64,000 bases of DNA from a bacterium (GTDB lineage Bacteria > UBA8248 > JACPRG01 > G963555815): positions 4,960,001 to 5,024,000 of the forward strand of contig OZ244653.1 in the NCBI GenBank assembly GCA_965218795.1. The letters are read 5' to 3'. This document shows positions 58,253-64,000 of this stretch, one piece after another. Both the position numbers and the translations under genes were made by a program. The notes beneath the pieces are model-generated. The model saw only the letters and a program-made list of their open reading frames with translations. It had not been told where the DNA came from and did no database searches. Every line of letters begins with the position of its first letter. The stretch's first letter is position 1.

Positions 58253-58344
58253 CGAAATAGGGTACATCGCAGTCCAACGGGTTCCTTTGAGCAGTACAAT
58301 TCGGATGGGCCGTTATGGTCTGTCTGAAAGCAAACTCGCAGTTC

Positions 58345-59910
<1,566 letters not shown>

Positions 59911-60155
59911 TAGCCAAGCGTCCCGTCGAACTGCCCGAGGGGCTGAGTACCTCCTCTTTCTTGAGGATGAGGAAAGGTTCCGACGAAGGCGAAAAGGTCA
60001 GGGGGACGGCTACACCAAGGTCGATACCCCGCGGGCTGCGATGTCCCTGTTCTAATTCTTCCGTCGCTCTACGAGAAGGTCGAAACGGCCGGTCGCGAGA
60101 GGCAACAGCGGCCCGGATCACCGAAAGGTCTGGCGGCATTTCGGTGATTTGCATT

Positions 60156-60232
<77 letters not shown>

Positions 60233-60245
60233 TTACGGACCAAAG

Positions 60246-60321
60246 GGGGGTGTAGCTCAGCTGGGAGAGCGCCTGCCTTGCACGCAGGAGGCCAGCGGTT
60301 CAAATCCGCTCACCTCCACCA
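60246..60321 (+). tRNA. tRNA-Ala (TGC)
   Basis: GGGGGTGTAGCTCAG...TTGCACG...GGTTCAAATCC...CTCCACCA. Confidence 0.97.
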
Positions 60322-60485
60322 ACCGCTACCCGTCGGAAGACCGACTGGAGAGACGGCTCTGATTGCGATGCGACGGAAAATTTTTGGCATCCTGCCCCAA
60401 GGTGGGTGCCATTGTTCTTTGACAATTGAATAGCGTGAAGCCACTGAAGGCAATTGCACTGAGGCGGGATCATCGAGTTTTTCAT

Positions 60486-63511
<3,026 letters not shown>

Positions 63512-63614
63512 ATGATGGCTTTGTCCATCCTTCCTGCCCGCTGGCATTTGCCGACGGAAACTTCGCGCTATTCAATGTCCCCCGGAAGTCCGAACCTCCG
63601 GGGGATCCCCTTTT

Positions 63615-63732
<118 letters not shown>

Positions 63733-63743
63733 TTTTTTTTGAT

Positions 63744-63779
63744 GGCCCTGTCCTCGTCCCGAGGATGGGGCCCTTTTTT
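63744..63779 (+). terminator. rrn operon terminator
   Basis: GGCCCTGTCCTCG-TCC-CGAGGATGGGGCC-CTTTTTT. Confidence 0.8.
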
Positions 63780-64000
63780 GGCTTGGCCCGTTGCCTATGA
63801 ATCAGAATCGGGCAGGTATAGAAAACCCTCTGTTCTGACAATATGGAGTTGACCCGGTTTCGTGGACGGCGAAGGGCTTGTCGTGACAGGAATAGGATTT
63901 CCCGTTAAGATGGTGACGGTTTTCAGGAACCCCGTCGGAAATCTCAGACGTCGCCAGCGTGGCGGAGGGCACGGGCTCGCTTCAGGAGGGCCGAGGCGTT

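Overview
GC-rich bacterial chromosomal window. The lineage cannot be fixed without a search; gene content tentatively suggests an uncultured diderm such as Nitrospinota/Tectomicrobia or a delta-like group. Left to right: the 5' part of hisC; a VOC protein; a xanthine dehydrogenase-family Mo-hydroxylase operon; a PPIase-TPR protein; a dead histidine kinase; a STAS protein; an IS1595 element; an orphan CoxL-like subunit; and a six-gene metal/cytochrome c cluster. Divergent from that cluster is a hidden selenoprotein (DsbA/FrnE-like, in-frame TGA plus SECIS-like hairpin) that the ORF track truncates. Next are a phage capsid scrap, NrdR-boxed class II ribonucleotide reductase nrdJ, an ABC ATPase and an amidohydrolase. 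An approx. 11 kb defence island follows, in which an IetAS-like AAA ATPase + S8 protease pair is nested between the mod and res genes of a type III RM system. It also carries a RelE/HTH toxin-antitoxin pair, an integrase remnant and many tiny palindromic elements, some inserted in-frame in mod and res. Then come a third Mo-hydroxylase locus, an MFS transporter, a ferritin-like + RHH pair, and a decayed inverse integron with RAYT/REP debris. A NitT/TauT-ggt-M20 scavenging cluster and a tRNA 3'-end scar follow. The window ends with core genes (aminotransferase, scpAB, rluB, pgsA-like, PduO-type adenosyltransferase, NUDIX, HU, tyrS) and a complete 16S-tRNA-Ile-tRNA-Ala-23S-5S operon. Four single-base frameshifts sit in short G/C runs and look like long-read errors. 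All family assignments come from motif recognition by eye, not database searches.
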